Notes: generated by a model from the letters alone, not told the origin. Shown: positions 1 to 13,165, numbered from the stretch's first letter. The stretch is DNA of 64,000 bases from Octopus vulgaris (GCA_951406725.2 OX597819.1:131378001-131442000); one strand, 5' to 3'. Numbers and translations are program-made.

Positions 1-97
1 ACCTCGGTGGAATTTGAACCTAGAAATCTAAAGACAGACGAAATAACGCTCTTCATTTGGCTCGGCATGGTAACGATTCTACTAGCTGGCCGCCTTA
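1..97 (-). mobile_element. tRNA-derived SINE (family A), truncated by window edge
   Basis: Reverse complement resembles the head of the full copy at 8884-9094 (AAGGCGGC.AGCT.G.AGAATCGTTA...GGTTCAAATTCC.CCGAGGT). Confidence 0.75.
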
Positions 98-119
98 AAT
101 GCTAGTATATATCTATATA

Positions 120-391
120 TTACGGAGATGTACTTGCATAGCAAGTGACCTGATCTGAGATCGTGTGCTGGAACGAAAACAATTGCGACGTGGAAGGTGT
201 TTATAAGCCATTTAAGAAACACACAAAAACTGTTAGATTCACTTCAACATTTAATTTTAATTTGTCAAAATATTTTCGTCTCAAAGCGACGAAAATATTT
301 TGGCAAATTAAACTTAAATGTTGAAGTGAATCGAACGGCTTTTGTGTGTTTCTTAAATGTCTTATAAACACCTTCCACGTCGCAATTGTTT
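120..391. repeat. Fold-back inverted repeat (arms of about 105 bp), probable Penelope-like pLTR remnant
   Basis: 177-280 is the near reverse complement of 287-391; the apex carries GCGAC-GAAAATATTT-TG, like the 3' half of a minimal hammerhead. Confidence 0.8.
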
Positions 392-906
392 ATATTAACA
401 TATTAACGTTAAATTCAGTTAGTTTGAAGGTTGATATCAAAATAGGTCCTTCTGGCACCAACCTGCCGGAAACCGTTCCTGGTTCCATGATAAAATCTTC
501 GTTTTAAAGCGATCCAAATGAAAACCATCCAACAAAATTTAATTGTGATTTATGTTCCAAATGCCAGCTTAATAATGGCAAAATGATTTTAAATAAATTC
601 ATTGTTTTTAGGCATTTGACTACTTCCTGGGTACTGGGGTACTGCCTTAAAGGGTTTCACTGTATTTCAATAGGAATAGAGTAACGAAAGAGTCAAAGGA
701 GCCCATTTTTAATATTGAGCCTATTGTTAATACGTGTATTACAATTTTGACGACATTTAAAAAAACTTATCAACAGATTAGGGTATCTCATTACTTGGTT
801 TTGTTTGGTTCCAGAAGTGACCCCCTACTTCAAGCGTAGTATTAAGAACGTGTAGAGAAATAAGGCACTAACATTGACCTTACACACGGGGCATCTACCT
901 CTAACT

Positions 907-1181
907 CATAGGTTCTCAAAGTGGGCGCCGAGACAGTCCAGGTGGGCGCTGGTGCCTAAGGGGGCGTTAAGGCAGTGGATTGGGGGACACTGGGAATTTA
1001 TTATAATATTATTATAGTATTGTATACAAATTATATAATACATTAAATATCAAATGATTCATAGTATATATAAATTGGTAAAATATAAAATATTTATTTT
1101 TACATAAAAATAGGGGTGGGGCGCTGGGGGAATTATGTGGTCATGAGTGAGTCAGTGGCCCAAAAAGTTTGAGAACCTCTG
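907..1181. mobile_element. hAT-type MITE
   Basis: TIRs CATAGGTTCTCAAA / TTTGAGAACCTCTG; degenerate 8-bp TSD CTCTAACT / CCCTAGCT. Confidence 0.75.
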
Positions 1182-2084
1182 CCCTAGCTCAACGGTAAAC
1201 TCTGTCGGGACTATTTCCTTCATCCCTGAACACTTCCACTAGACTCAGAATTGAGGGGATATGTATCTTAGTTAGGGCTTGCTTAATGAGTGTGTTATAT
1301 CTCAGTCTAATGATTAATGGACCCCGCATTCAATGAACATAATTCCGACATTGAGGGCGATGGATATGTGGCCGATCTCCAGAAAATTTGGCATTCAAAG
1401 AAAATAGGCAGCACTTCGGGTTTTGGTGAAAATGAAAAGTTGGAAATTTATTAACTTGTAGAAATTATCTCCCCTTCCTAACATATTTCTTTTCAAATTT
1501 CCATGCAAAAACGGGGACAGGTTGCATGCATGTTGTTATTTCGGAGAGAAAACCCCCGTCAAAATGCATTTTAACTTTATAATGTGAAAATCAATGGGAG
1601 AATTTTCATTGCATTTTTTTTTCGTTTTTTTTTACAGTCATTATTATATTAATTTATTTTTACACAAAGAAAAGAAAAAACATTAAAAGCATAAAAGACG
1701 AAATTTTCGAGAAAAAATCCCATAACTACCAGAAAAACAAAGAAAAAGAAAAAAAGGGGGGGGTTAAGTACCAAAAGATGGGTGGAGGAGGAGTAACGGG
1801 TTGCACACCCGAGAAACAAATGGCGTGTTTGGGTAGACCTCATGGCTATAATTGCAAAGGCAAGGCCGCAGAGAATGGCCTCGAGACACTGGCTACAACA
1901 ACCAGGCCCAGCTCGCGGGACTCGTTTCGCAGACGGGCCGAAGTTACCCCGAATTTGCGGCGGAAATCAGCAGTGCCGGTTTCGATTACGGACGGCATTC
2001 AATACAACACTCTTTCTACATGCGTATAAACACGACTTTCCACCCAAATATAATGGACGGACACACACACAATACTTGCATTCA

Positions 2085-2258
2085 CACACGTGTTTGTGTG
2101 TATATATAGATGTATGTATGTATGTATGTATGTATGTATGTATGTATGTATGTATGATGTGTGAGTGTATGTGTGTATGTATGTATGCATGTGTGTATGT
2201 GTGTATGTGTGTATGTATGTATGTATTGTATGTATGTGTGTATGTATGTGTGTGTGTA

Positions 2259-2317
<59 letters not shown>

Positions 2318-2442
2318 GTGTGTATGTATGTGTGTATGTATGTATGTGTGTATGTATGTGTGTGTGTATGTATGTGTGTATGTATGCATGTGTGTATGTA
2401 TGTGTGTGTATGTATGCAAGTATTGTGTGTGTGTGTGTGTGT
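2085..2442. repeat. (GT)/(GTAT) compound microsatellite
   Basis: Direct inspection; the source of the spurious CVCM/HTHI ORFs. Confidence 0.95.
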
Positions 2443-5159
2443 AAAAGGAAGAGGGTGTCACTCTCATGCAAGAAATGTCCTTTGTTTCCAATCTTCCCTT
2501 AAAAAGCCTGTCTGGCCATGGGGAAATGTTATCTTGCTCGGAAAGAAGGAAGGGTCAAGTGACAGCAATTCCCGTCCGACCCATGCAAATAAGGAAAAGC
2601 GGACGTTAAAACGTCGACGATGACAATGATGATGAGGATGATGATACATACGTGTGTGTGCGTGTGTGTGTGTGCCTCCAGCATGGCCGCAGTCCTTCGA
2701 CTGAAAGCATTGAAAGAATAATAGAAACAGAATACGTTTTGTGTTATTGTTGATGTTGTTGTTGTTGTTGCTGCGCCAGTTTGGTATAAATGCTCGAAAG
2801 CAAGAGTTTTCGGAATAGCTTTCACTAATTCTTGGGGAAAGAAAACGGGAAGTTTATTCCACACACACACACCTCCCAGCAACGAGGATTACGATTGTGA
2901 AGGAATTTTCTTCCCCAAAATTTCAGTGTTGTACATCGCCCACCCACTTCCTGGTGCCATTCCGGGCTTTTTCTTTCCCACATGAGAGCAATTCCGAAAC
3001 TCTACCCAAACATCTCCTTTAATGCCTTTAATATGTTATCAGCGCTTTAGTTTCTAAATGAAAGTAGCTCGTAAAGAGTAGCAGTGAGGGATGCTGGACT
3101 AGGGCTGCCTCTTTACTAGTCAGCGGCGGGGACAGTCGAAGAGTATCCATGTCTCTATGGCACCATCTGATATGGTAGGGTATATTATAACGACAGTCTA
3201 ATAGCTCTTCTCTATTATACGGAGTTTATGACGTGCGGGAGATGCCCTGGTTGCAGTGTTATAGCAAATGGGAAAATCGTTGTCGCAGTAACTGTGTGCC
3301 GAGTCCACGCTACATTAGCCCTTGTTGGTGCAAAGGCGAAAATTGTGAGTGTCAGGCTTATGCTATTTTGATGGCTCCAGATATAAAGTATAGTTAAAGG
3401 AAAGGGGACGGCATTCGTCATATTGGCATCCAGGCAAATAAACTAATGCCTGTTGGAGCCGAGAGAAAGAGTGGGGAGAGCAGGAGAAAAGAACCAGAAT
3501 TATAAGTACTAGAAGAGGAGAGAGAACCAGAGTAAGATGGTAATAAAAGTGAGGCAGAAAGACAGACTGGCGGATAGAGAAAGTTGAGAGAGGGGGAGTC
3601 AGATGAGGGTCGTTGATAAGGAAATGGATATAAACATTGAAATGGTAGGATTTAAGTGGGAATGTGAAACATCCGAGCGGCGTGGGCACACCCAGTGATT
3701 GCCTTGTTTGACTTAGAATTTATTTCTTCACTTAAAACTAAAGAAACTAACATTTAGTTTCTCTTTCAGTTACTAGATATTATTCTTTGATCTTTGCTTT
3801 CTTCTAGTCTTTCCGAGCCTGTCTCTAGCTTTAATGGTTTTATCAATTGTACTACTCCGTGTGGTTGAGACGTTTCACTAGCCACGGATTTCGTGTGTAG
3901 AAATTTCCAATTCTCCTCTGTTAAGTCCAAATTTTAATACTTTTGTGATTCGAACGGAAGACCTGTGCCGGAATCCCGTGCAACTGTGATTCTATCATCG
4001 TTTGCCCACTTGACTTGGAGGCGGGAATATCCATAAAACTGATGAGTGGGGGAGAATTTGGATCGCTTCCATGATTAATAACTGTTGCAGAAACGAATCG
4101 AGAATTCCCGAATTCAGCGGTAACTTTTTCATATGCACCGTGAAAGAATCACAAGTCCGGAAAGCGAATGACAAATTCTGGCCCACTTCTGTGAGGTCAT
4201 AACTAAATGGTAATTGATCTATTTTACGCCCTTCCCAACGGTGCCGTGGATACATAATTTAAAGGGAATCAGTTACATCTGACCCTGTTTATTTAACAGT
4301 AAAACTTTGTAGATACGTATTACTAAATCGTTTGTAATTTTAAACGTGACATTTGATATTTGATCGAAATAAAAAAAATAACTCATTCTGTCGCCGTGAT
4401 GTGAATTTTATAATTCGTATCTCTTGTCCAGAGTTTTATATATGATGGATAAATCAAGACAGAGATTGTGGTTAACTAATTATGTTAAAGCAAAAAAAAG
4501 TTGCAACAACTAGTTTGTATGTGTTGTAGGGTAGAGACGTAGGCTCGGGAACAGGGGACGCATGGGTGCAAGTGTACCCTTAATGTTTTTTGGGAGGTGC
4601 AACGAAAATACTTTGAACATCGTCCTGGAAATCTTCATCGCCAAAACAAACGAGCGTAGAAGTATTTTGTGACCGATTTGAAACATTAGTTTTCCATTGT
4701 TAGGATTCAGTTGAATTTGTTGATGTGATGGTCGCTCCCGTCGATTTCGACGTAGAAGTGTTTGAAGGGGGGAAAAAAGTGGGGAAAAGAGAAAACAATT
4801 TGTAAAAAGAGAAGCGCAATAGGGGTTTACACCTATCTGCAATGGATGCGTGAATGTAATTTGGGTCCAGAAATGGATTTTGCTATGACGTCACAATGGG
4901 GACACGGATGATTCTGATTTTGCCAGGGATCAGACAAATGCAAGATAGAATTCTTTTATGGATATGTTTCTTAAACTGTTTTCATGCATCCTGACTCATT
5001 TTACGCCATGCAAATCGATCCAGACGATGACCTTCCCAAGATGTCAAATTAAGCTTTAGAGATTTTAATGATTGCTTCAACTGACCCTTATACCCAAGGA
5101 CTGGAGCTTTTTTTTACCGCTGTGTCCCTGCATTTGTTGGCCATACAAAAGAATTTTTG

Positions 5160-5690
5160 GAATGCGGTCATTTTACATTCGAACAACATGTCCTACCCAT
5201 TTGCACTGAATTCTCAGCAGCATTCTAAGATTTCGACATTTGATATCTTGCCATTTTATGTTGCAGATATTGCATAAACTGCACATGTGGAAGCATTCGG
5301 GTTTCTTTATATGCCTGAAGTAGGGGGTCCATGCTTCTGCCCCATACAAAAAATGTGCTCAAAATACAAGATTTGTAGATACCCATTTTAGCTTTCAGAC
5401 TGACACCGTGTTCATCTTACAAACAATGGGAAAGTCTTCCGAAGGCATTTGTAGCCTTGGACATCCTAACATTGATTTCGTCATCCAAGAGTAATCTTAA
5501 AGTTTACTGTACATCCAAGATACTTAAATGACCCATTTGAGTGGCTCGTTGGCAATCATCACATTTGAATCTTGAGTATGTCCTGTCCCAGAGTTTGGTT
5601 GGAATAAAACTTCACTCTTCTTGATGCTGGTAGTCAGTCCAAAAGCACAAACCGTTTCCTGAATTCCTTCGAATGCGTGAGAGATCGAAG
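5160..5690 (-). mobile_element. Degenerate RTE (BovB-like) LINE RT C-terminal fragment
   Basis: Minus-strand translation AFGLTTSIKKSEVLFQP...; downstream YGAEAWTPY and SNVEILE-like motifs, with stops and frameshifts. Confidence 0.7.
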
Positions 5691-5786
5691 CCCAATAATC
5701 AGCCGAGAGAAAGTCACGTCGTATCTTTTGGTCTTTCTCTTTGATTTGCAACTTTGCCCTGTTCAAAATGCAATCATCTTCTATAA

Positions 5787-6040
5787 CAGTGGTTCCCAAA
5801 GTGGGCGGTACTGCTCCCCACCCCCCGGAGGGCAGTAGAAAGTTCTCTGAAGAAAATGGGGCGACCAAAATGGGGCAATGGGTATAAAAAAATTAAAAAA
5901 TTAAATAAGGGGTTGATTACGTTAAGTTTTAATTGTAAAATATTGTTGTTTTGTATTTGCTGCAGAAAATGGTTTATGTCTGTGACGGTGAGTGGAGGCG
6001 GGGAGGTGACTAGGAACCTGAAAAAGTTTGGGAACCACTG
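5787..6040. mobile_element. hAT-type (Charlie-like) MITE
   Basis: Perfect 14-bp TIR CAGTGGTTCCCAAA / TTTGGGAACCACTG. Confidence 0.8.
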
Positions 6041-6089
6041 TATACTATAATAATACTCTTGTGTTTTTCTCCGTCACAACATATGAATG

Positions 6090-6678
6090 AGAAAGGAAGG
6101 GATGATGGATGAATGAAGAAGGAAGGAAGGAAGGGGGATGGAGGAAGGAAGGAAGGAAGGAAGGAAGGAAGGAAGAAAGTCAGGAAGTAAGGAAGGAAGG
6201 GAAGTAAGGGGAGGGAGGGAGGAAGTAAGGGGAGGGAGGGAGGAAGGAAGGAAGGAAGGAAGGAAGGAAGGAAGGAAGGAAGGAAGGAAGGAAGGAGGAA
6301 GGGAGGGAGGGAAGTAAGGGGAGGGAGGGAGGAAGGAAAGAAGGAAGGAAGGAAGGGGAAGGAAGGAAAGGAAGGAAGGAGGGAGGGAGGGAAGTAAGGG
6401 GAGGGAGGGAGGAAGGAAAGAAGGAAGGAAGGAGGAAGGGAGGGAGGGAGGGAAGTAAGGGGAGGGAGGGAGGAAGGAAGGAAGGAAGGAAGGAGGAAGG
6501 AAGGAAGGAAGGAGGAAGGGAGGGAGGGAAGTAAGGGGAGGGAGGGAGGAAAGAAAGAAGGAAGGAAAGGAAGGAAGGGAGGGAGGGAGGGAAGTAAGGG
6601 GAGGGAGGGAGGAAGGAAAGAAGGAAGGGGGAAGGGAGGAAGGAAGGAAGGAAGGAAGGAAGGAAGGAAAGAAGGGGT
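6090..6678. repeat. Polypurine (GGAA/GGGA) tract with a higher-order unit of about 55-75 bp
   Basis: Recurrent GGAAGTAAGGGGAGGGAGGGAGGAA unit. Confidence 0.95.
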
Positions 6679-6994
6679 GATGGCAAACTGATGGAGGGAC
6701 CACCGTCTGCTATCAGTTTCTGCCGGTCACCCCCGACACCTCAGAGGTTCTCCCCGCAAGGTGGGGGACGGCTGTTGTCGGGAATGTCTCTGACCATTCT
6801 CCACACCAATGCCTGTCCAGTCATGTGTGCCAAGCGTGTCTAAACACGCCATTTCTTCTGGACAGTACAACTCGCTACTCGTCCCGCCTATTCTACTCAT
6901 TAATAATCCGACATCCCCGACACCTATTTTCTTCTTTTTGTTTGCTTTCTTCCTGAAGAAGTTCTCAGTTGTTTTCTTACAATAATTTTTATCT

Positions 6995-7732
6995 TCTCTT
7001 TTACTCTTTTACTTGTTTCAGTCATTTGACTGCGGCCATGCTGGAGCACCGCCTTCAGTCGAGCAAATCGACCCCGGGACTTATTCTTTTGTAAGCCCAG
7101 TACTTATTCTATCGGTCCCATTTTGCCGAACCGCTAAGTGACGGGGACGTAAACACACCAGCATCGGTTGTCAAGCAATGCTAGGGGGACAAACACAGAC
7201 ACACAAACACACACGCATATCTATATATATAAAACTGTAGTTGTGTGATGTCTGTCCCCTTCGATTTAGATTCCTAACTACTCCCACATTTTGCGGTGCA
7301 GTTTAACCAAATTCGGGTATCTTATAGTCGTGATTCATATCGAGCCCGTCTGGGTATTAGCGCGCGTCTACGATGAGTCTACGATTTTAAAAATAATTTA
7401 ACATAATTTTTTATTCCATTTTAATGCATATTTTTTCGTGTGTCGATGACGGCGGAGTTGGCGTCCACGCTCAAACACCTGCACCTGTTTGCTTCTCCCC
7501 CTTCTTCCCTCCCTCGTGAAGCTGTGGGGAAGGGCGTGTAAGGAAATCAACGTCGTAATGCGTTGTCAAGGAGACCAGCGTTCTTTTAGAACAACGACTT
7601 CATGGCTTGAAGACACCAAAACAGAAATGGCTAAGAAAGCCCGAATTGGCATCTATAAGGGAAGTAACTCTCTAAAAATGCTTATATAGTTATTTCCCTT
7701 ACAAACCCGAGCAACGCCGGGCGATACTGCTA

Positions 7733-7783
<51 letters not shown>

Positions 7784-7935
7784 ACAGGCTTCTTTCAGTT
7801 TCCGTCTACCAAATCCACTCACAAGGCATTGGTCGGTCTGGGGCTATATCAGAAGACACTTGCTCAAGGTGCCACGCAGTGGGACTGAACCCGGAACCAT
7901 GTGGTTGGTAAACAAGCTACTTACCACACAGCCAC
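6995..7935 (-). mobile_element. tRNA-derived SINE (family B, internal microsatellite) interrupted by a Helitron
   Basis: Same sequence as intact copies at 41537-41948 and 57310-57727; split at its (TA)n core by 7220-7733. Confidence 0.9.
7220..7733 (+). mobile_element. Non-autonomous Helitron
   Basis: 5' TC; 3' hairpin CCCGAGCAACGCCGGG followed by CTAG; inserted between A and T with no TSD. Confidence 0.85.
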
Positions 7936-8883
7936 AATAGTTTTATTTTCTATACTCTTAATGCTTTTTTCTTTCTTTTCTTCCTATAAAAAAAAATGTT
8001 GTTAGATTTGTGACATCCTGACTGAACAGCTCACGATAAAAACAGTATCGAGTCACCCGCGAAAATAATATTGTAATATACAATAAATGAAACGTATTTT
8101 TATATTATTACAATAAGAATAGATACTTTTTTTTTATTTGAAGTCATGAAAGAAACTGTTTGCAGTTGGGAAATGAAGAGAGGAGATAAAAGGGAAATAG
8201 CTTTGTATTTGACACGTAACATTTGAACGATGACTAATCTTGTGAAAGGATTTGTCGGTGAATCACTGAATTTAATTGATCGTTAATGGTGATGGTTAAT
8301 AAGACAAACTCGATACAATAAGAAATACTCGTAGTCACCCGCTTGGTCGGCCAGCCAGCGGAGCGGGTGGCCGAGTCGAGGGGGGGCAATATGTTGCAAT
8401 TTCATTAAAAAAAAATACTTATAGACTTGTTTTCCTTTCACATATCTATTTCTATTTACGTATTGTATTTAAATTTATGTCGACATTCAAGATGTCCGAG
8501 ACGGTAGCAGGTTCGATTCTAATATTAACTCTGATGCAATTGTTTCTGATTTAGGCAACAAAATGGGCAATTTTTGAGGGCAGAGAAAATGAGGTTAATG
8601 AATATGATCGACTACAATAGTTGATTAGAAACTTTATTTTATCGACCCTCGAAAGGATGAGAGACAAATTTGACCTCGGCGGGAATTGAATGTAAAGAGT
8701 ATGAATAAATAGCACAATACCTTACTTCTCTTGACATTCTGAGTTCAAATTCGGCTTTTATGGACTTTGCCTTTAATACCAAAGAATCGATAGCCATGTG
8801 TCTTTCCTATGAATTGAGAAATATCTTCTTTGGCACAAAAGAAGTTCTTAAACGATGTTGTGCGCAATATTCAAGCTTTCTTA

Positions 8884-9094
8884 AGGCGGCGAGCTGGCAG
8901 AACCGTTAGCACGCCGGGCGAAATGCTTAGCGGTATTTCGTGTCTTTACGTTCTGAGTTCAAATTCCGCCGAGGTCGACTTTGACTTTCATCCTTTCGGG
9001 GTCGATAAATTAAGTACTAGTTGCGTACTAGGGTCGATCTAATAGACTGGACCCCTCCCCCAAAATTTCGGGCCTTGTGCCTAGACTAGAAAAT
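8884..9094 (+). mobile_element. tRNA-derived SINE (family A), full length
   Basis: B-box-like GAGTTCAAATTCC; 18-bp TSD AATATTCAAGCTTTCTTA at 8866-8883 and 9095-9112. Further copies at about 15170-15390(-), 23572-23805(+), 39480-39640(+), 53190-53360(+), 57073-57286(-). Confidence 0.9.
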
Positions 9095-9224
9095 AATATT
9101 CAAGCTTTCTTATCATCATTAATGGTTATATGTCGGAACAGAAACGGATTGACAGCATTTAGCCAGGGGGTTGGGTTCCTTCTTTTAATCTATATTTTGT
9201 CACAACTTATTGTGAATACCTACA

Positions 9225-9875
9225 CAATTTATTTCTTCATAACTTCCAGAAAAAATTGAATTTTTTAATGAAATTTTCTACAAATACGCATCAGAGGGTG
9301 TATATTCTAATTTTATCGGAATTTGCTGTGATTTTTTCTTCCATGGGTTGGAGAAAAGAGTTTCGGAAAATTCAAACGATTCGGCTTCGTTACCTCATAA
9401 CTTTCAGAAAAATGGGTGCTTTTTTCATTGATTTTTTCTACAAATACCTTGCAGAGAGTGTAAATTACGATTATCTAATGTGAAAAAGAAAATAGTGAGC
9501 ATGCACACATACTAACAGACATCATAATATGTTTCGAAATTTCAAGTTTTATTTTGGGATGTGTATCAATATGTGTGCAAGCCCAACAGATTTTTTGTTT
9601 TTTTAATACTAAATTCCGATACAACTGTAATTTACACACTCTGAAAGGTATTTGCGGAGAATTTCATTCAAAAAACACCCGATTTTTCTGAAAGATATGA
9701 GGAAACAAATTCGACTCTTGTGCATTTTCCGAAACTCCTCTCCCTACCCTCAAATAGGTTTTTTTTCATTCCCAATTCCGATATAATCAGAATCTACAAC
9801 TTAAACGTATTTGTAGACGTTTTTTAAATTTTTTTAAAACCCATTTTTCTGGAAGTTATGAGGAAACGAAGTCAG
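9225..9875. mobile_element. Foldback-like MITE with long subrepeat-containing inverted arms
   Basis: About 9225-9515 is inverted relative to about 9565-9875; each arm has two copies of CTCATAACTT.CAGAAAAATGG...TTTCTACAAATAC; second copy at 39685-40745. Confidence 0.7.
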
Positions 9876-10726
9876 GGGCTCATTTGTGTAGAGATATCAC
9901 TTATTACAGCTCAAAAGTTTTCTACATCAAAAGAACTCGATGCTTCGACTCTAAGGTTTTAAATATTTGAACTCGTTACTGCTCAAGGAATTATAATTTT
10001 TTTTCTTTATTTCCTTTCCATTTTATAATTAAAAATAAAAATCAAATCAGGGCCAAAAACCTAGCGCCCTCAACACTAACTAAACCCCACCCCATCATCA
10101 GCAACTGATCTTAGAAATTAAGTATATTTGTTTAATATATATTATTCTATTTGAAATTTGAAAAACCAAAAAATAATAATAATTAACGTTGGAAAGTGGC
10201 GGGTTGACTATCAACCTCGACGGATTCAAAGTTCATATTTCATATCTAAAACGAAATCGTGGATAATGGGTACAAAGTGTTAGTCTTATATCTTTGGACA
10301 TAATGTAAAACAAATAAATAGAAAACCACTTCGAACGTTGTCTTACACACCAATTAGTTACACTTATTTTATTCACAATCTGGTGAGATAGTTGTTGCCT
10401 GGCTGTTATCTATCGTTCATAGAAAGGGGCCCCTAAAAAGCAGTGGCATCGTTTAGGGTTTGGGTTATTCCTTTCTTTAAATATAACTACTTCAACTAGA
10501 GCGGATGCACATAAAAGGCACCACCAACCTGTGTTGATCCATGTTGCATCACTGCTAAAACGAATCGTGAAAGAATCTGTCCTTCTTCCTTTAACGAAAC
10601 TGGTTTTGTTGGTAGAGGAAGTCAATATTTTCGGGTCCCTCACTCGGATTTTATGCTACCAACTTAAAGGAGATTCTCAGCTGGGAATCAGTGAAAACCG
10701 GTTTGCCAAATTGGATTTCTCTCTCT

Positions 10727-11309
10727 TTTATCCCTTGACTTGTTTCAGCTATTTGACTGCGGCCATGCTGGGGCAGCCCTTGAAGAGTTTTTGGTCAAAC
10801 GAATTAGCACCGGTACTTTCATTTTTTTTTAAGCCTGGGGTTTATTCTATCGGTTTCTTTCGTTGATCTGTTAAGTTTTGAGGACGTAAACACACCAACA
10901 CTAGTTGTCAAGATGTGATGGGGGGGGGATACAAACACAAACACACACACACACACACACATTATATATATATATGTGACAAGCTTCTTTCAGTTTCCAT
11001 CTACCAAATCTACTCGCAACGTTTTGGTCGGTCTGGGCTATAGTAGAAGGCACTTGCTCAATATATCATGCAGTGGGACTGAACCTGGAGCAAAGCGGTT
11101 GAGAAGCAAAAGCCTTACCACACAGCCACGCCTGCGCCTAATTACTGAATGCTTCTAATTAGCCGGGATCAAACAACTGCCTTTGTTTATCACACTTATA
11201 CGCGATAAATGAAATATTGATAGATTGGGCAAGTGCCTCCCATAACAACCTCGATCAGAACAAAGCTTTGTGAGTGCATTTAGACGGAAACTGAAAGAAG
11301 CCTGTAATA

Positions 11310-11381
<72 letters not shown>

Positions 11382-11625
11382 GTATGTGTGTGTTGTGTGT
11401 TTGTGTTTCCCACACACACCATCACTTGACAACCAGTGTTGGTGTGTTTAGGTCGCCATAACTTAGCGGTTTGGCAACAGAGATTGATAGAATAAGTATC
11501 AGGCTTTTAAAATATAGGCACCGGTGTCAGTTCATTCAACTGAAGATTCTTGAAGGCTGTGCCCCAGCATGGCCGCAGTCTAATGCCCGAAACAAGTGAA
11601 AGATATCTATTGAGGACAGTTCTGT
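10727..11625. mobile_element. Two degraded family-B SINEs in opposite orientation
   Basis: 10727-11140(-) and about 11220-11625(+) match the family-B sequence. Confidence 0.8.
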
Positions 11626-11748
11626 CACTAAGTATTTCCCCGTTTTCTTAATGTCAACTTGGATTAATAAAAGATGTTTTTCTGTTTTTTCAATTTAAAT
11701 AAACAGGTTTGAAGACCTGCTGTTCCAATGTCACAGTTTTGCAATGAA

Positions 11749-11822
11749 TCATCGATGAGTCAGTTCTCTTTTAGCTGTGATGTAATTGTCAAGAAGCTGT
11801 CCAATGAAACATTTCCAAATCA
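11749..11822 (-). CDS. Candidate terminal coding exon of an unidentified gene
   Basis: Strong acceptor TTTTCCCTCTTCCTTCTTACAG; phase-1 reading IWKCFIGQLLDNYITAKRELTHR*; no homology recognised. Confidence 0.3.
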
Positions 11823-12108
11823 CTGTAAGAAGGAAGAGGGAAAATAATGTTCAATTTTGTACACTTCCACTTTATTTATATCTGAAAAGTTTCCTCCTAT
11901 TTTTTTGAATTGCAAAGTCTGTGATGAAATCCTCAAAATTAATCTTAGGTCACACATCTGCATCTATACTTAGTAGAGATAAAGGCATCCCAAATATTAT
12001 TTTAGCAAGTTGAAAGTGATTTCTTTTGTGCTGTAAACCATCTACTATTTCTGTGGTGCCCCCCTCCTTCCCTTGATGTGCTTATTTTGCTTAATGGTTA
12101 ATCCAGCA

Positions 12109-12318
12109 AGGCGGCGAGCTGTCAAATGCTTAGCAGTATTTCGTCTGCCATTACGTTCTGAGCTCAAATTCCGCTGAGGTCGACTTTGCCTTTCATCCTT
12201 TTGGGGTTGATTAAATAAGTATCAGTTACACACTGGGGTTGATATAATCGACTTAATCCCTTTGTCTGTCCTTGTTTGTCCCCTCTAAGTTTAGCCCCTT
12301 GTGGGTAGTAAAGAAATA
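12109..12318 (+). mobile_element. tRNA-derived SINE (family A)
   Basis: 13-bp TSD GGTTAATCCAGCA at 12096-12108 and 12319-12331. Confidence 0.9.
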
Positions 12319-12494
12319 GGTTAATCCAGCACTGGGCACCAATCCAGAAGTTGATGTTCCCTATTACTTCATTGTTTGTCAAATTACCTCTGTAGAGAAA
12401 ATGCTTCACTTTAAATGGTATGGTCCACTGAGCTTAAAATGAGTTTTATAAAGTCGCCATAACTCTCAGTCCTTTGTAATTTCCTCAGTGAAGC

Positions 12495-12935
12495 CCAGCA
12501 TCAGAAGATCCTTTCGCACCACCTAGTCCCATGTCTTCCTGGGTTTATCCCCTTCCACAGATACCCTCCATAATTAGAGCTTGGCACTTCTTTACACAGC
12601 TGTCCTCATCCATAGGCACCGCATGACCAAACACCAGCGCAGTCTCCTCTCTTGCACACCACATCTGATGCCTCTTATGCCCAGTTTCCTTCTTAAATCA
12701 TTTACACTCTGTCATGTGTGCACACTGACATTACCCAGCCAGCAGAGCATGCCAGCTTCATTTCTTTTAAGCCTTTGCAAGTCCTCTGTAGACAAAGTCC
12801 ACATTTCACTGCCATGTAACATAGCTGTTCACACACAGGCATCATACAATCTGCTTTTCACTCTGAGGGAGAGGTCCTTAGTTACCAACAAAGGTAGAAG
12901 CTCTCTGAACTTTGCCCAGCTTGTTCTTATTCCAT
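12495..12935 (-). mobile_element. Degenerate RTE/RTE-X LINE fragment
   Basis: Homologous to 44860-45270 (GIRCGVQERRLRW...MDEDSCVKKC). Confidence 0.8.
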
Positions 12936-13164
12936 GTATGTATACATATATATCTCATCAAATATATATCATCATCATCACCATCATCATCATCACTTAA
13001 CATCTATTGTCCTTGCTGTCATGGATTGGACGGTTTGACCAGAGCTGACAAGCTGGAGAGCTGCACCAGGCTCCAGTCTGATTTTCTATGGTTGGATGCC
13101 CTTCCTAACACCAACCGCTTTACAGGGTGTGCTGGGTGCTTTTACATGGCACTGGCACAAATGC

Positions 13165-13165
13165 T

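Noticed and set aside
6074-6703. Pro/Ser-rich 209-aa ORF
   Set aside because: Translation of the polypurine repeat
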